Shown one piece after another: positions 25,060 to 33,953 of a stretch of DNA of 64,000 nucleotides. The position numbers were made by a program, and so were the translations under genes. Positions within the stretch are counted from its first letter, which is position 1, and every line of letters begins with the position of its first letter. The notes beneath the pieces were generated by a model. The model saw nothing but the letters and a program-made list of their open reading frames with translations. It did no database searches and was not told where the DNA came from. Source of the stretch: Candidatus Micrarchaeia archaeon (GTDB lineage: Archaea; Micrarchaeota; Micrarchaeia; Micrarchaeales; CABMGC01); the NCBI GenBank assembly GCA_049964835.1, contig JBMFWW010000001.1, positions 67,589-131,588 on the forward strand, read 5' to 3'.

Positions 25060-26123
25060 ATGCACCATTACACCGAATTACCATTACATAATGGAAATGC
25101 ACCACGATGGCTATTTGAAAGAATGGTAAAGTTAGGCAGGGAGATAAGTCTTGTAATAATAGACGAATTTGGACCTGATGAATTTATAAATAGACTTTCT
25201 GATGCGGTATGGTTTCAAGCATTATCCTGTGCTTTAGGTTATGATTGGCATAGCAGCGGCACAACGACGGTCACAATGGGTGTTCTAAAAGAAGCACTCA
25301 ATAGTACCGGTGAGATTTTTATAGCTGGAGGAAAGGGTAAAGTCGGTCTTAGGACTCCTCAAGAAATAGAAAAAGGAGTAGATATACTTTCAATACCCGG
25401 TAGCGATGAAAATTTTAAAATGTTGAGTAGATTATCTGCAAAAATAGATTCAGCTTTAGTATATGATAATATTGGTATTTATCATCATACTTTTATTTTT
25501 TCAAAGAATAAAAAATGGGCAGTAATACAGCAGGCCATAGACTCTAAAAATAAGAAAGCAATAAGGTTTCAGTGGAATTCAGATATAGTAAGTGAAAATG
25601 ATCTTGCAGATGAGCCTCATTCTGCAATAATATCCGATTTGCATAATAAAACACTAAACTTAACAAATAAAGACAATAACTGGGCAAGATCTGGTTCTCT
25701 AGACGCAATAAAAGAGTTTCCATACTACTCAAAAGAGTTAAGCATTACAAGGTATCCAAGCAGACACGATATTGTACCTAAACTAGATATTAGTAAAAGA
25801 GGGAGTGATGCAATAAAGATAGCAAGTGATATAAATCCAAGTACATACAATGAGCTTCTTCTAATAAAAGGTATGGGTCGTTCAACATTACGATCTTTAG
25901 CTTTTATAGCTAGTCTTATTTATGATAAAGAGTTGTCATATAAAGATCCGGTAATGTACTCATACAATCTAGGGGAAAAGATGGCATACCTTTTCCTATT
26001 AATACTCAGATCTATGATTCAGTTATAGATGCTCTTAAAAATGCAGTTGATTCTGCAAAGATAGAAAAAGAGGAAAAGTACAAAGCATTAAGACGTTTAT
26101 CGCAAGTCTTTTTGCGCATTTGA
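25060..26123 (+). CDS. DUF763-family protein with an apparent frameshift near 25972-25979
   Basis: N-terminus HNGNAPRWLFERMVKLG...WHSSGTTTV. The track ORF ends at 26028, but the -1 frame continues as GKDGIPFPINTQIYDSVIDALKNAV... to the TGA at 26121-26123. The junction falls in the run ggggaaaag. Confidence 0.7.
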
Positions 26124-26124
26124 A

Positions 26125-27075
26125 CTATTCTTTTAAATTTTTAAGAAGCGATTCCTTTAGCTTATCGGCTATAAATCTTTTTGTGTAGTAATCGGCTCTT
26201 GCAGCTATGCTTATTTTTGTGGCGTAAGCCCGTGCCATCCTTCCCTTAGCTTTTTTGTCGTAATTAGCAAGTTCTGGCAATTTAAATAAATATCCGTACT
26301 TAGGCGGCTTGCTGCCAAACTTGACGTGCTTGAAAAGTGCCTTTTCAGCACCCAATAACTGTATCGTGCTAGCTGGCAAAATAGCTAAATGCTCAAGTGA
26401 TCCAGCGGCGCTTAGCATCTCTGCGGCTATCTTATAATCTATCAAATAAACTATATTTGGCATAAGCTTTTTAGTCTGAATTTCTAGGAAAGCGCTTAAG
26501 CTGTCTTGCAACTTAATTATTGAAAGTTCTTCTTCTGCAAGATTTTTTAATGCAACATACTCTTCTGAGTCTATCTCCGGGAATCCTTCAGATGTTCTAA
26601 TCTTCTCAAGCACTCTTTGGTGCTCTTCACCAATAATTTCTTTTAATAGTTCTTCATCAATATCTCTATTTTTTACTTTAGATATAATCTTCGCATATGT
26701 TTCGTGGTTATTTAGTTTAAGATTAGGAAAGTATGCACTATACCATTCTTCAAGCCTTTCATAAACAGTATTTCTTATTTTAGTTATTTCGTTATAGGCT
26801 TTTATTGCCTCTATTATCGAGTGATCTATTGCTGTTGTTTTATACGCGTCCATGACATCTCCCATGGCCCTTTTCATAAATCTTGCTCTTCTTTCATCAT
26901 TTCTTCCATCTCCGCTAAAATGTCTATCTCTATCTTTGAAGTTTCCTTCTCTTCCATTTCTATTTCCATACCCAGGAGCATTGTTCCTATTTCTAATACT
27001 ATGTCTATCTCTTCCCCCATCCTTATTCATATTATCTCTGAATCTATTTTTTCTATAATTGTTTTTTTCAGGCAA
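26125..27075 (-). CDS. nop5: Nop56/58 (Nop5)-type box C/D sRNP core protein lacking the N-terminal fibrillarin-binding domain
   Basis: Coiled-coil onset YERLEEWYSAYFPNL and NOP domain LLGAEKALFKHVKFGSKPPKYGYLF...KGRMARAYATKISIAARAD. The first ~65 aa are Arg/Asn/Gly/Asp-rich low complexity. Confidence 0.8.
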   Translation of the reverse strand: MPEKNNYRKNRFRDNMNKDGGRDRHSIRNRNNAPGYGNRNGREGNFKDRDRHFSGDGRNDERRARFMKRAMGDVMDAYKTTAIDHSIIEAIKAYNEITKIRNTVYERLEEWYSAYFPNLKLNNHETYAKIISKVKNRDIDEELLKEIIGEEHQRVLEKIRTSEGFPEIDSEEYVALKNLAEEELSIIKLQDSLSAFLEIQTKKLMPNIVYLIDYKIAAEMLSAAGSLEHLAILPASTIQLLGAEKALFKHVKFGSKPPKYGYLFKLPELANYDKKAKGRMARAYATKISIAARADYYTKRFIADKLKESLLKNLKE

Positions 27076-27142
27076 GAAGACACCTACTTACAATATTATA
27101 TAATAACAACTCGGCAAACTAAATAACTTTCGTTACTTATTA

Positions 27143-27650
27143 AATATAGGAACTTGACATTTTCATTCACTCACCTCGTCAAATACAAACACATTACATC
27201 ACGTATTTCATGAGGTATGCAATAAGGCAAAATATACATGAATTGCGATCTTATTTATTCCAACAAATCTATTTTTGAAAGACCAAAAACTCCTTTTAAT
27301 CTTGAAAAAATCCTTTCTATTGCCATCGTTTTCCGTAATTACAATCCTTTGAAATCTCTGGTGTTCTAACTCTTCTACCATTTCTTGCAATTACGGGAAT
27401 TATGAGATTACCTCTTAATTCTTCCTTTATCTCTGTAGAATCAAAAGCAGAATCAGCAATGTACTTTGCACCATACTTGAAGCCAAATTTATCACGTGTT
27501 AATCTAAAGAGTTTTTGGAGTGCAGGTTATGGTAGCAGTAATGCTGGACCTCAAATCGAAGAAATAGTAAGGAATTATATCAAGACAACAGGACATTTCG
27601 GGGCAAATGAAATTGACATAACTCCTTTATTCAAAAATGATACCTAGAGC
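27143..27650 (-). mobile_element. decayed IS4/IS5-like insertion sequence remnant, copy 2
   Basis: Shares the terminal aatataggaacttgacatttt with copy 1. Fragments FGFKYGAKYIADSAFDSTEIKEEL..IIPVIARNGRR and ...FFKIKRSFWSFKNRFVGINKIAIHVYFALL are spread over several frames. The right boundary is uncertain and may extend to about 27850. Confidence 0.65.
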
Positions 27651-27818
27651 TTTAGCTATAGGAGAAGGTCATTCTGTATTTATAATAAATTGCAATTTAA
27701 ATTTTACTTTAATATTAAAATTTATAATATTTTTAATTGCTGTATGTTTCAAGAAACAATTTATACCTTTGTTAAGTATATATTTATAATATTATCAATC
27801 AAAAAAGCATCATTGGAA

Positions 27819-27850
27819 GCCTACACCGTTTACGGGTGGGAGGATGTCAC
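27819..27850 (-). repeat. conserved ~32-nt element, copy 1 (GTGACATCCTCCCACCCGTAAACGGTGTAGGC on the minus strand)
   Basis: Matches 60146-60177 in inverted orientation: the 11-nt block GTGACATCCTC, then a bulged hairpin with a UAAA loop. It could be the second terminus of IS remnant 2. Confidence 0.55.
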
Positions 27851-27926
27851 ATTTACTAAATATCTTTATTAAAAAATATTTATTAAAAAACATTAAAATA
27901 TTAAATAAAATATATATTAAAACAAC

Positions 27927-29423
27927 ATGGTAATGGTAGATTCAATGCAAAAAAATGAAAAAGAAAGCAAGGTATCCTCAATTGTAGAAAGAAGAGGCAT
28001 ATACTATCAGGCATTTGATATTTACTCTGGAACAAGTGGTTTTTATGATTACGGGCCAATTGGTCTTAGAATAAAAAGAAATGTAGAAAGCGTTTGGAGA
28101 AATATTTTTGTAGACTGGCTAGGTTCTTTAGAGGTAGATACAACAACAATTGTTCCGGAGATTGTACTAAAAGCTAGCGGCCATGTTGCAACCTTCACAG
28201 ATCCAGTTTCTAGCTGCAAAAAATGTAAAACCTCATACAGAGTTGACAAATTACTAGAAGAGTTCTATGAAAAAAGAAACGATTCGGTATCATTAGCAGA
28301 GCTTAAAAAGATGGACAAGCAAATAATGCAAAAAAAATTAATTGAGCATGGGCTAAAATGCGAAAAGTGTGGCGGAGAGTTATCTCCTATAGAAGATTTT
28401 CACCTTATGTTCAAATTGCAGATAGGTCAAGAAAAAGAAAATGTTGGCTATTTAAGACCTGAAACTGCTCAGGGTATCTTTGTAGACTTCAAAAATCTAT
28501 CAAAAATATATAGTTTGAAACTTCCTGCTGCAATAGCTCAAGTAGGTAAAGCTTATAGAAATGAAATTTCTCCAAGGCAGCAGCTTGTAAGAGTAAGAGA
28601 GTTCACACAGATGGAAACTGAGGTATTCTTTGATCCGAATGCAGATCAAGATGCTTTTAATGGTCTTGAAATTGAAAAAATGCTTGATGAAAAGGTTAAT
28701 TTTTGTCCATCAAATCAAGAGGAAAGACTCTATAGCATAAGAGAGCTTCTTGAAAAAAAATACATACCAAATAAACTTTTCGCAATGTGCATATACTCAG
28801 AATTAAAAATGTTAAAATTACTCGGAATAGCAGATGAAAAGATATATACCTTCAGGCAGCTGCAAAAAGAGGAGCTGCCTCATTATTCAAGAGGCAACGT
28901 TGATTTAGAAATAAAGACTTCTTATGGAAATATCGAGGTTTCAGGCATAGCTTATAGAACCGATTATGACCTCTCACAACATTCAAAATTATCCGGCAAA
29001 GAGATAACCGTCTCAAACGGCGAGAATAAATTTATACCACATGTAGTAGAAGCAAGTGTTGGTTTGGACAGGCTTCTCTTTTCAGTTTTAGACAATTCAT
29101 TTCAAGATGGAAAAGAGAGGGGCTGGGAGTGGCTAAAGCTTTCTGATGAAGTATCTCCATACAAATATGCGGTATTTCCACTTCAGAACGATGATGATTT
29201 AGAAAAGAAAGCAAACGAAGTTCTTTTAATGCTTAAAGATAAAAAAATACCTTGCTATTTAGCAAGGTCGGGCAGCATAGGTAAACGCTACGCAAGAGCC
29301 GACGAAATAGGTGTAAGATATGCAATTACCTGTGATTATGATACCTTAAAAGACAACACCGTAACAATAAGAGACAGAGACAGTGCAAAGCAGGTACGAA
29401 AAAAAATAAGCGAGATAAACTAA
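27927..29423 (+). CDS. glyS: glycyl-tRNA synthetase (archaeal/eukaryal dimeric type)
   Basis: FYDYGPIG, LRPETAQG, GKAYRNEISPRQQLVRVREFTQME and GLDRL, plus a C-terminal anticodon-binding domain (GKRYARADEIGVRYAIT). Confidence 0.9.
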   Translation: MVMVDSMQKNEKESKVSSIVERRGIYYQAFDIYSGTSGFYDYGPIGLRIKRNVESVWRNIFVDWLGSLEVDTTTIVPEIVLKASGHVATFTDPVSSCKKCKTSYRVDKLLEEFYEKRNDSVSLAELKKMDKQIMQKKLIEHGLKCEKCGGELSPIEDFHLMFKLQIGQEKENVGYLRPETAQGIFVDFKNLSKIYSLKLPAAIAQVGKAYRNEISPRQQLVRVREFTQMETEVFFDPNADQDAFNGLEIEKMLDEKVNFCPSNQEERLYSIRELLEKKYIPNKLFAMCIYSELKMLKLLGIADEKIYTFRQLQKEELPHYSRGNVDLEIKTSYGNIEVSGIAYRTDYDLSQHSKLSGKEITVSNGENKFIPHVVEASVGLDRLLFSVLDNSFQDGKERGWEWLKLSDEVSPYKYAVFPLQNDDDLEKKANEVLLMLKDKKIPCYLARSGSIGKRYARADEIGVRYAITCDYDTLKDNTVTIRDRDSAKQVRKKISEIN

Positions 29424-29464
29424 AGTTTACAGATAAATTGATAAATAGTATATAGTAATATTAA

Positions 29465-30378
29465 ATGGTGTTTAAATATATCTTGAAAGTACATTCCAAT
29501 CGTTCAGAAAACCAATTAAAATAAATGCAGAAACATTAAATTTAAAAGATACTATTGAAAGCGGGCAACCCCTTACCTTTTATTCTGATTTTGTGCATAA
29601 AAGTGATTGGGACATACTACGTTACACTACTCAAAGGGGAGTAATACTAATAAGTAAAAGTACCTTAGATAATATTATAAGATTAGATTATTTTGGTGAT
29701 TACACCTCTATAAATGCTAAAAAAGAGGTAATTGCAAGATTAGGATTAGATCATGACATTTCACAGGTATACTCTAGTATAAAAACAGATCAGTATATGG
29801 AAGACGCAATAAATAAATTTTATGGAATGAGAATCACGAAAAATTCTCCATGGGAAACTACATTATGTTTTTTAATATCACAATTCAACAACATTAAAAG
29901 AATACGACTTACAATGAGAAATATAATTGAAAAATTTGGGGATCCCTATTATATAGATGGAAAGAGGATTAATCTGTTTCCAACACCAGAACGAATATCA
30001 AAAGCATCAATATCTGAGTTGATGTCTTGTGGCACAGGTTTTAGAGCAAAATATATAAAATCTGTCTCAAACGAGATAAAAAATAGTTTTTCATTTGATC
30101 ATTTAGAAAAATTAGAGTATGATGAAGCTAAAAAGGAGCTCATGACTCTTGAAGGTGTAGGTGATAAAGTTGCAGATTGTATACTGCTTTTTGGTTATAA
30201 ACATTATGAATCATTTCCTATAGATGTCTGGATAAAGAGAATAATAGAGAAGAAGTATTTAAATGGAAAAAAGAAGGATCAAAAATATATTCACAATTTT
30301 GCTAATAAGAAATGGGGCCCAATGGCAGGATATGCACAACAATATCTTTATTGGTATGGTAGGAATATTACATTGTAA
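29465..30378 (+). CDS. ogg: 8-oxoguanine DNA glycosylase (Ogg1-type HhH-GPD) with an apparent frameshift near the 5' end
   Basis: LKDTIESGQPLTF, SPWETTLCFLISQFNNIKRI, the HhH motif LEGVGDKVADCILLFG, and PIDVWIKR. The conserved N-terminus (from 29476) has no in-frame start. The ATG at 29465 joins it if the A-run at 29508-29511 were one base longer. The track start is GTG 29593. Confidence 0.8.
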
Positions 30379-30974
30379 TGGGTATATTAATGATAAAAAA
30401 CATCGATATAATAGAAAAAAAGATTATGGCTCTCCACTCTAGAAGAGATAAGGTTTTAGGGCTTTCGAGAGAGATAGTGTTGCTTTCTGGCAGAACAATA
30501 ACCGCCATACACGCTGACAAATTAAAGGAAGCAGGTACATCAATCAAAAAATTAAAACTTCTAGATAAAAATTTAAAAAATATAGAAAAAGGATTCGAAT
30601 ACAATTCACAACAAGCGCATCAGGAATTTGTAGAAGCATATTCCTTATTCATAATGGTTAATGAAAATAGACTTCCAGAGATGTTAGAGCTTAAGACAGA
30701 TGAAATAAGTTATCTTCTTGGTCTTCTTGATGTTGTTGGAGAATTAAAAAGAAAAGGCTTTGATTGTTTAAGATCTGGTCAGTATAAAAAAACAGAGATT
30801 TACTATAAATTAATGCTTGAAATATATGATTCTACAGTTCCATTGAGATTTGCAAATTCAATACTGCCAGATTTTAGGAAAAAACAAGACGTTGCACGTA
30901 TGCAAATAGAAAGAACCGGAACAGAACTGCTATTTTTTTCTCAGAAAGATAAAATTCCAATAAAATTGGACTAA
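30378..30974 (+). CDS. translin-family protein (putative)
   Basis: All-helical, 198 aa, with EISYLLGLLDVVGELKRKGFDCL resembling the translin YxxGLxDxxGEL motif. The start overlaps the ogg stop. Confidence 0.5.
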   Translation: MGILMIKNIDIIEKKIMALHSRRDKVLGLSREIVLLSGRTITAIHADKLKEAGTSIKKLKLLDKNLKNIEKGFEYNSQQAHQEFVEAYSLFIMVNENRLPEMLELKTDEISYLLGLLDVVGELKRKGFDCLRSGQYKKTEIYYKLMLEIYDSTVPLRFANSILPDFRKKQDVARMQIERTGTELLFFSQKDKIPIKLD

Positions 30975-31052
30975 CACCAAACTAACCTATATAAGAGATA
31001 AAATATAATAATCTAAAGCTACATAATTTATTGACCCAATTGAGAGATTAGC

Positions 31053-32234
31053 ATGGAGCATAGAAAAGTAGCTATAATAACTACAGGTGGAACCATTTCT
31101 AGCGTGAGCTCAGAAAATGGCATAAAACCTTCAGAAGGAGTAATAAAGCTAATATTAGAAAAGCTTTCATATAATATGAATACACTTATTTCAAAGGATG
31201 GGAAAACAAAGGTAAACATAATACCTTTATTTAACAAAGACAGCACAAACATAACTCTTGCAGATCAGGCAAATATAGCTAAAACTGTTTATAATTCATT
31301 GACTGATGCTGACGGTATTGTAATTACACATGGCACAGATACGTTGCAGTTTACTTCATCAATATTATCTTTAATGGTACAGAATCCAAATAAACCTGTA
31401 GTTATTACTGGTTCTATGCAAACCATAGAGAGTGAAAAAACAGATGCATACTCAAATATTTCTGATGCATTAAAATTTGCAGTAGGCGGCATTAACGGTG
31501 TTTTTGTAGCTTTCCATAAAAGGATAATGGCTGCTTCTTGGGTATACGAAACGAAAGGATCAAACGGACTCACATTTAAGAGTATACTGGGAGATATTGC
31601 AAACATAACTAAAGATGAAAACATAATTTACAGAGTATCAAAATATCAAAAGGCTAAGACCATAAACTCAAGCATATTACAAATTAACTATGATGATAAA
31701 ATAGGAACATTCACCCTATCTCCAAATGAAAATAATGAAACTTTGCTAGAAACATCACAAAAAAGTGATGGCATTATACTTTTAAGTTATGGATCTGCAG
31801 GAATACCTGAGAGAAATTTCAATATAATAAGATCAATATCAAAAAGAATACCAATAGTTTTATCATCTCAAGTGCCTTCAATAAGAACAGATTTTGGAAA
31901 TTATGAAATAAGTATTCTTGCAAAGAAAGCAGGTGTAATAATAGGTACTGGTCTATACTCTTTTGATTATAGCAATATGGCATTATCGCTTGCAAATTCT
32001 GAATACAAAAACGCAAGTACTGAAAAAGAAAGAGAAAATAAACTGAATAAGTTTGAAGAGGTTTTCAACAAAAATAGAGATAGAGTTTTATTTGAACAGA
32101 GTTACTCATATAGAAAGATACTTGATGTTATAAAGGACGGAACTAATACTAACCATCATGCTACTACACCAACACACAAAAAAGTAAGCAAATCTTTATA
32201 TCGTGTTAGTAATAAGGTAGTCAACATCAATTAA
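31053..32234 (+). CDS. L-asparaginase, type I family, with C-terminal extension
   Basis: VAIITTGGTISS (catalytic Thr motif), ITHGTDTL and VITGSMQ. There is no GatD-specific N-terminal domain. It lies 78 nt upstream of gatC on the same strand. Confidence 0.75.
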   Translation: MEHRKVAIITTGGTISSVSSENGIKPSEGVIKLILEKLSYNMNTLISKDGKTKVNIIPLFNKDSTNITLADQANIAKTVYNSLTDADGIVITHGTDTLQFTSSILSLMVQNPNKPVVITGSMQTIESEKTDAYSNISDALKFAVGGINGVFVAFHKRIMAASWVYETKGSNGLTFKSILGDIANITKDENIIYRVSKYQKAKTINSSILQINYDDKIGTFTLSPNENNETLLETSQKSDGIILLSYGSAGIPERNFNIIRSISKRIPIVLSSQVPSIRTDFGNYEISILAKKAGVIIGTGLYSFDYSNMALSLANSEYKNASTEKERENKLNKFEEVFNKNRDRVLFEQSYSYRKILDVIKDGTNTNHHATTPTHKKVSKSLYRVSNKVVNIN

Positions 32235-32312
32235 ATTTTTTAACAAATAGCTAAAATTAACTCTATAATTTTATACAAAAAGTTTAAAATAATCTAATTA
32301 TAAACATTATAC

Positions 32313-32594
32313 GTGCTTTCGATGGAAGATTATGAGTTTGATAGGTTAGTAAAAATATGCAGATTAAAGTTGTCTTCTACTGAAAGTGCTGAAATCAAAA
32401 AGGATATAAATGAAATTCTAGAATACTTTAAAATACTAGAAGATATAGACACAAAAGAAGTAACTGAAGCATTTCATCCAGTTGAAATTCCTGAAAAGTA
32501 TAACGAAGATGTACCTTTAGATTTTGATAATATCGAAGGAATTTTAAAGAATACAAAAACATACCGTTTTTATGTAGTTGGTCCCGAAATATGA
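32313..32594 (+). CDS. gatC: aspartyl/glutamyl-tRNA amidotransferase subunit C
   Basis: About 90 aa: FDRLVKICRLKLSSTESAEIKKDINEILEYFKILEDIDT. Its stop overlaps the gatA ATG (ATGA). An alternative ATG is at 32322. Confidence 0.8.
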   Translation: MLSMEDYEFDRLVKICRLKLSSTESAEIKKDINEILEYFKILEDIDTKEVTEAFHPVEIPEKYNEDVPLDFDNIEGILKNTKTYRFYVVGPEI

Positions 32595-33943
32595 ACTCTT
32601 ACGAACTTTTTATGAGTAAAGATAAACCTACTGACTATTATGTAAAGTTAAGAGAAGAAGTACTCAAAATAAATGAAAAGCTGAATATTTTCAATAATGT
32701 TTCCGAATCAAACAAATTAAATGGATTTTTGTTTAGTGTAAAGGACAATATTTGTGTGAAAGATGTTGAAAGTACCGCATCTTCTGAAATTCTAAAAGGA
32801 TACATACCTCCATTCGATGCGACTGTAATAAAAAAACTAAAAGAAAAGAAAGGTATGTCATTTTTAGGCAAAACTAATATGGATGAGTTTGGCTTTGGAA
32901 GTTTTGGAATTAACTGTAAAAAACCTGCAAAAAATCCTTTTGATGAGAGATATGTTGCCGGAGGCTCCAGCAGCGGAGCTGCAGCTGCAACATCTATTTT
33001 AAAATACCATATTGCAATAGCAGAATCAACCGGCGGTTCTATATCTACACCTGCAGCTTTTTGCGGAGTTGTTGGATTCACTCCTACTTACGGTTTGGTA
33101 TCTAGATATGGATTAATAGATTATGCAAATTCGCTTGATAAAATAGGAGTTATAGGTAGATCTGCAGAGGATGTTGAGTTCGCATATAACTTAATAAAAG
33201 GTCATGATAAAAATGATACTACTTCATTAAATAAAGAAATTACACGTGAGGATAAAAATTCAATAATACTTATAAAAGAGCTTGTTGATGGTCTAAGTCC
33301 TGAAGTTGAGAAGGAATTCATGCATCTTGTAGAAAAGCTATCCGGCATGGGCTATGCTATAAAAAATAGATCAATGCCATTTATAGATAAAGCAATAGCC
33401 TCTTATTACATAATAGCTATGGCCGAAGCATCTACAAATCTTGCAAAGTATACAGGCTTTAAATATGGACTTAAAAATCCAGACATAACTCAAGAATATA
33501 ACACATTTTTCAAGAATGTTAGAGAATCATTTGGAAAAGAGTCCAAGCGCAGAATAGTTTTGGGTACATTCGTAAGGAGTTCTAGCGTAAAGGATCTGTA
33601 TTATTCAAAAGCGCTTAAAGCAAGAGCTATACTAATAAAACAAATGGGTCAAATACTTGAGGAAGGCTTTATTCTCTCTCCAGTAATGCCTATAAAAACG
33701 CCTAAATTTGAAGAAACATCAACCTTATCTGCATTAGAGGTTTATAAAACCGATATACTTACAATACCTCCAAATCTTTGCGGTTTTCCACATATCTCAT
33801 TTCCATATTCATATATGGAAAATATGCCTTTGGGTGCACAATTAGTAACAAAACATTGGAATGATTATGCATTGACAAACTTCGTTTCAAATTGGGAGAA
33901 GGGCTTCAATTACAAGTTCAAATATAATATTGGTTCATTATAA
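32591..33943 (+). CDS. gatA: aspartyl/glutamyl-tRNA amidotransferase subunit A (amidase)
   Basis: Amidase signature GGSSSGAAAATS...ESTGGSISTPAAFCGVVGFTPTYG. Confidence 0.9.
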   Translation: MNSYELFMSKDKPTDYYVKLREEVLKINEKLNIFNNVSESNKLNGFLFSVKDNICVKDVESTASSEILKGYIPPFDATVIKKLKEKKGMSFLGKTNMDEFGFGSFGINCKKPAKNPFDERYVAGGSSSGAAAATSILKYHIAIAESTGGSISTPAAFCGVVGFTPTYGLVSRYGLIDYANSLDKIGVIGRSAEDVEFAYNLIKGHDKNDTTSLNKEITREDKNSIILIKELVDGLSPEVEKEFMHLVEKLSGMGYAIKNRSMPFIDKAIASYYIIAMAEASTNLAKYTGFKYGLKNPDITQEYNTFFKNVRESFGKESKRRIVLGTFVRSSSVKDLYYSKALKARAILIKQMGQILEEGFILSPVMPIKTPKFEETSTLSALEVYKTDILTIPPNLCGFPHISFPYSYMENMPLGAQLVTKHWNDYALTNFVSNWEKGFNYKFKYNIGSL

Positions 33944-33953
33944 TGGTTTTTAC

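Noticed and set aside
27402-27647. 81-aa plus-strand ORF from the track considered as a gene or a 3' gene fragment
   Set aside because: It runs antisense to recognisable transposase debris of IS remnant 2 (FGFKYGAKYIADSAFDSTEIKEEL... on the minus strand). It is therefore most likely a shadow ORF.
31053-32234. Asparaginase-family ORF considered as GatD (of the archaeal GatDE amidotransferase)
   Set aside because: It begins directly with the asparaginase TGGTI motif and lacks the ~90-aa GatD-specific N-terminal domain. No gatE is adjacent, and the neighbouring genes are gatCAB.
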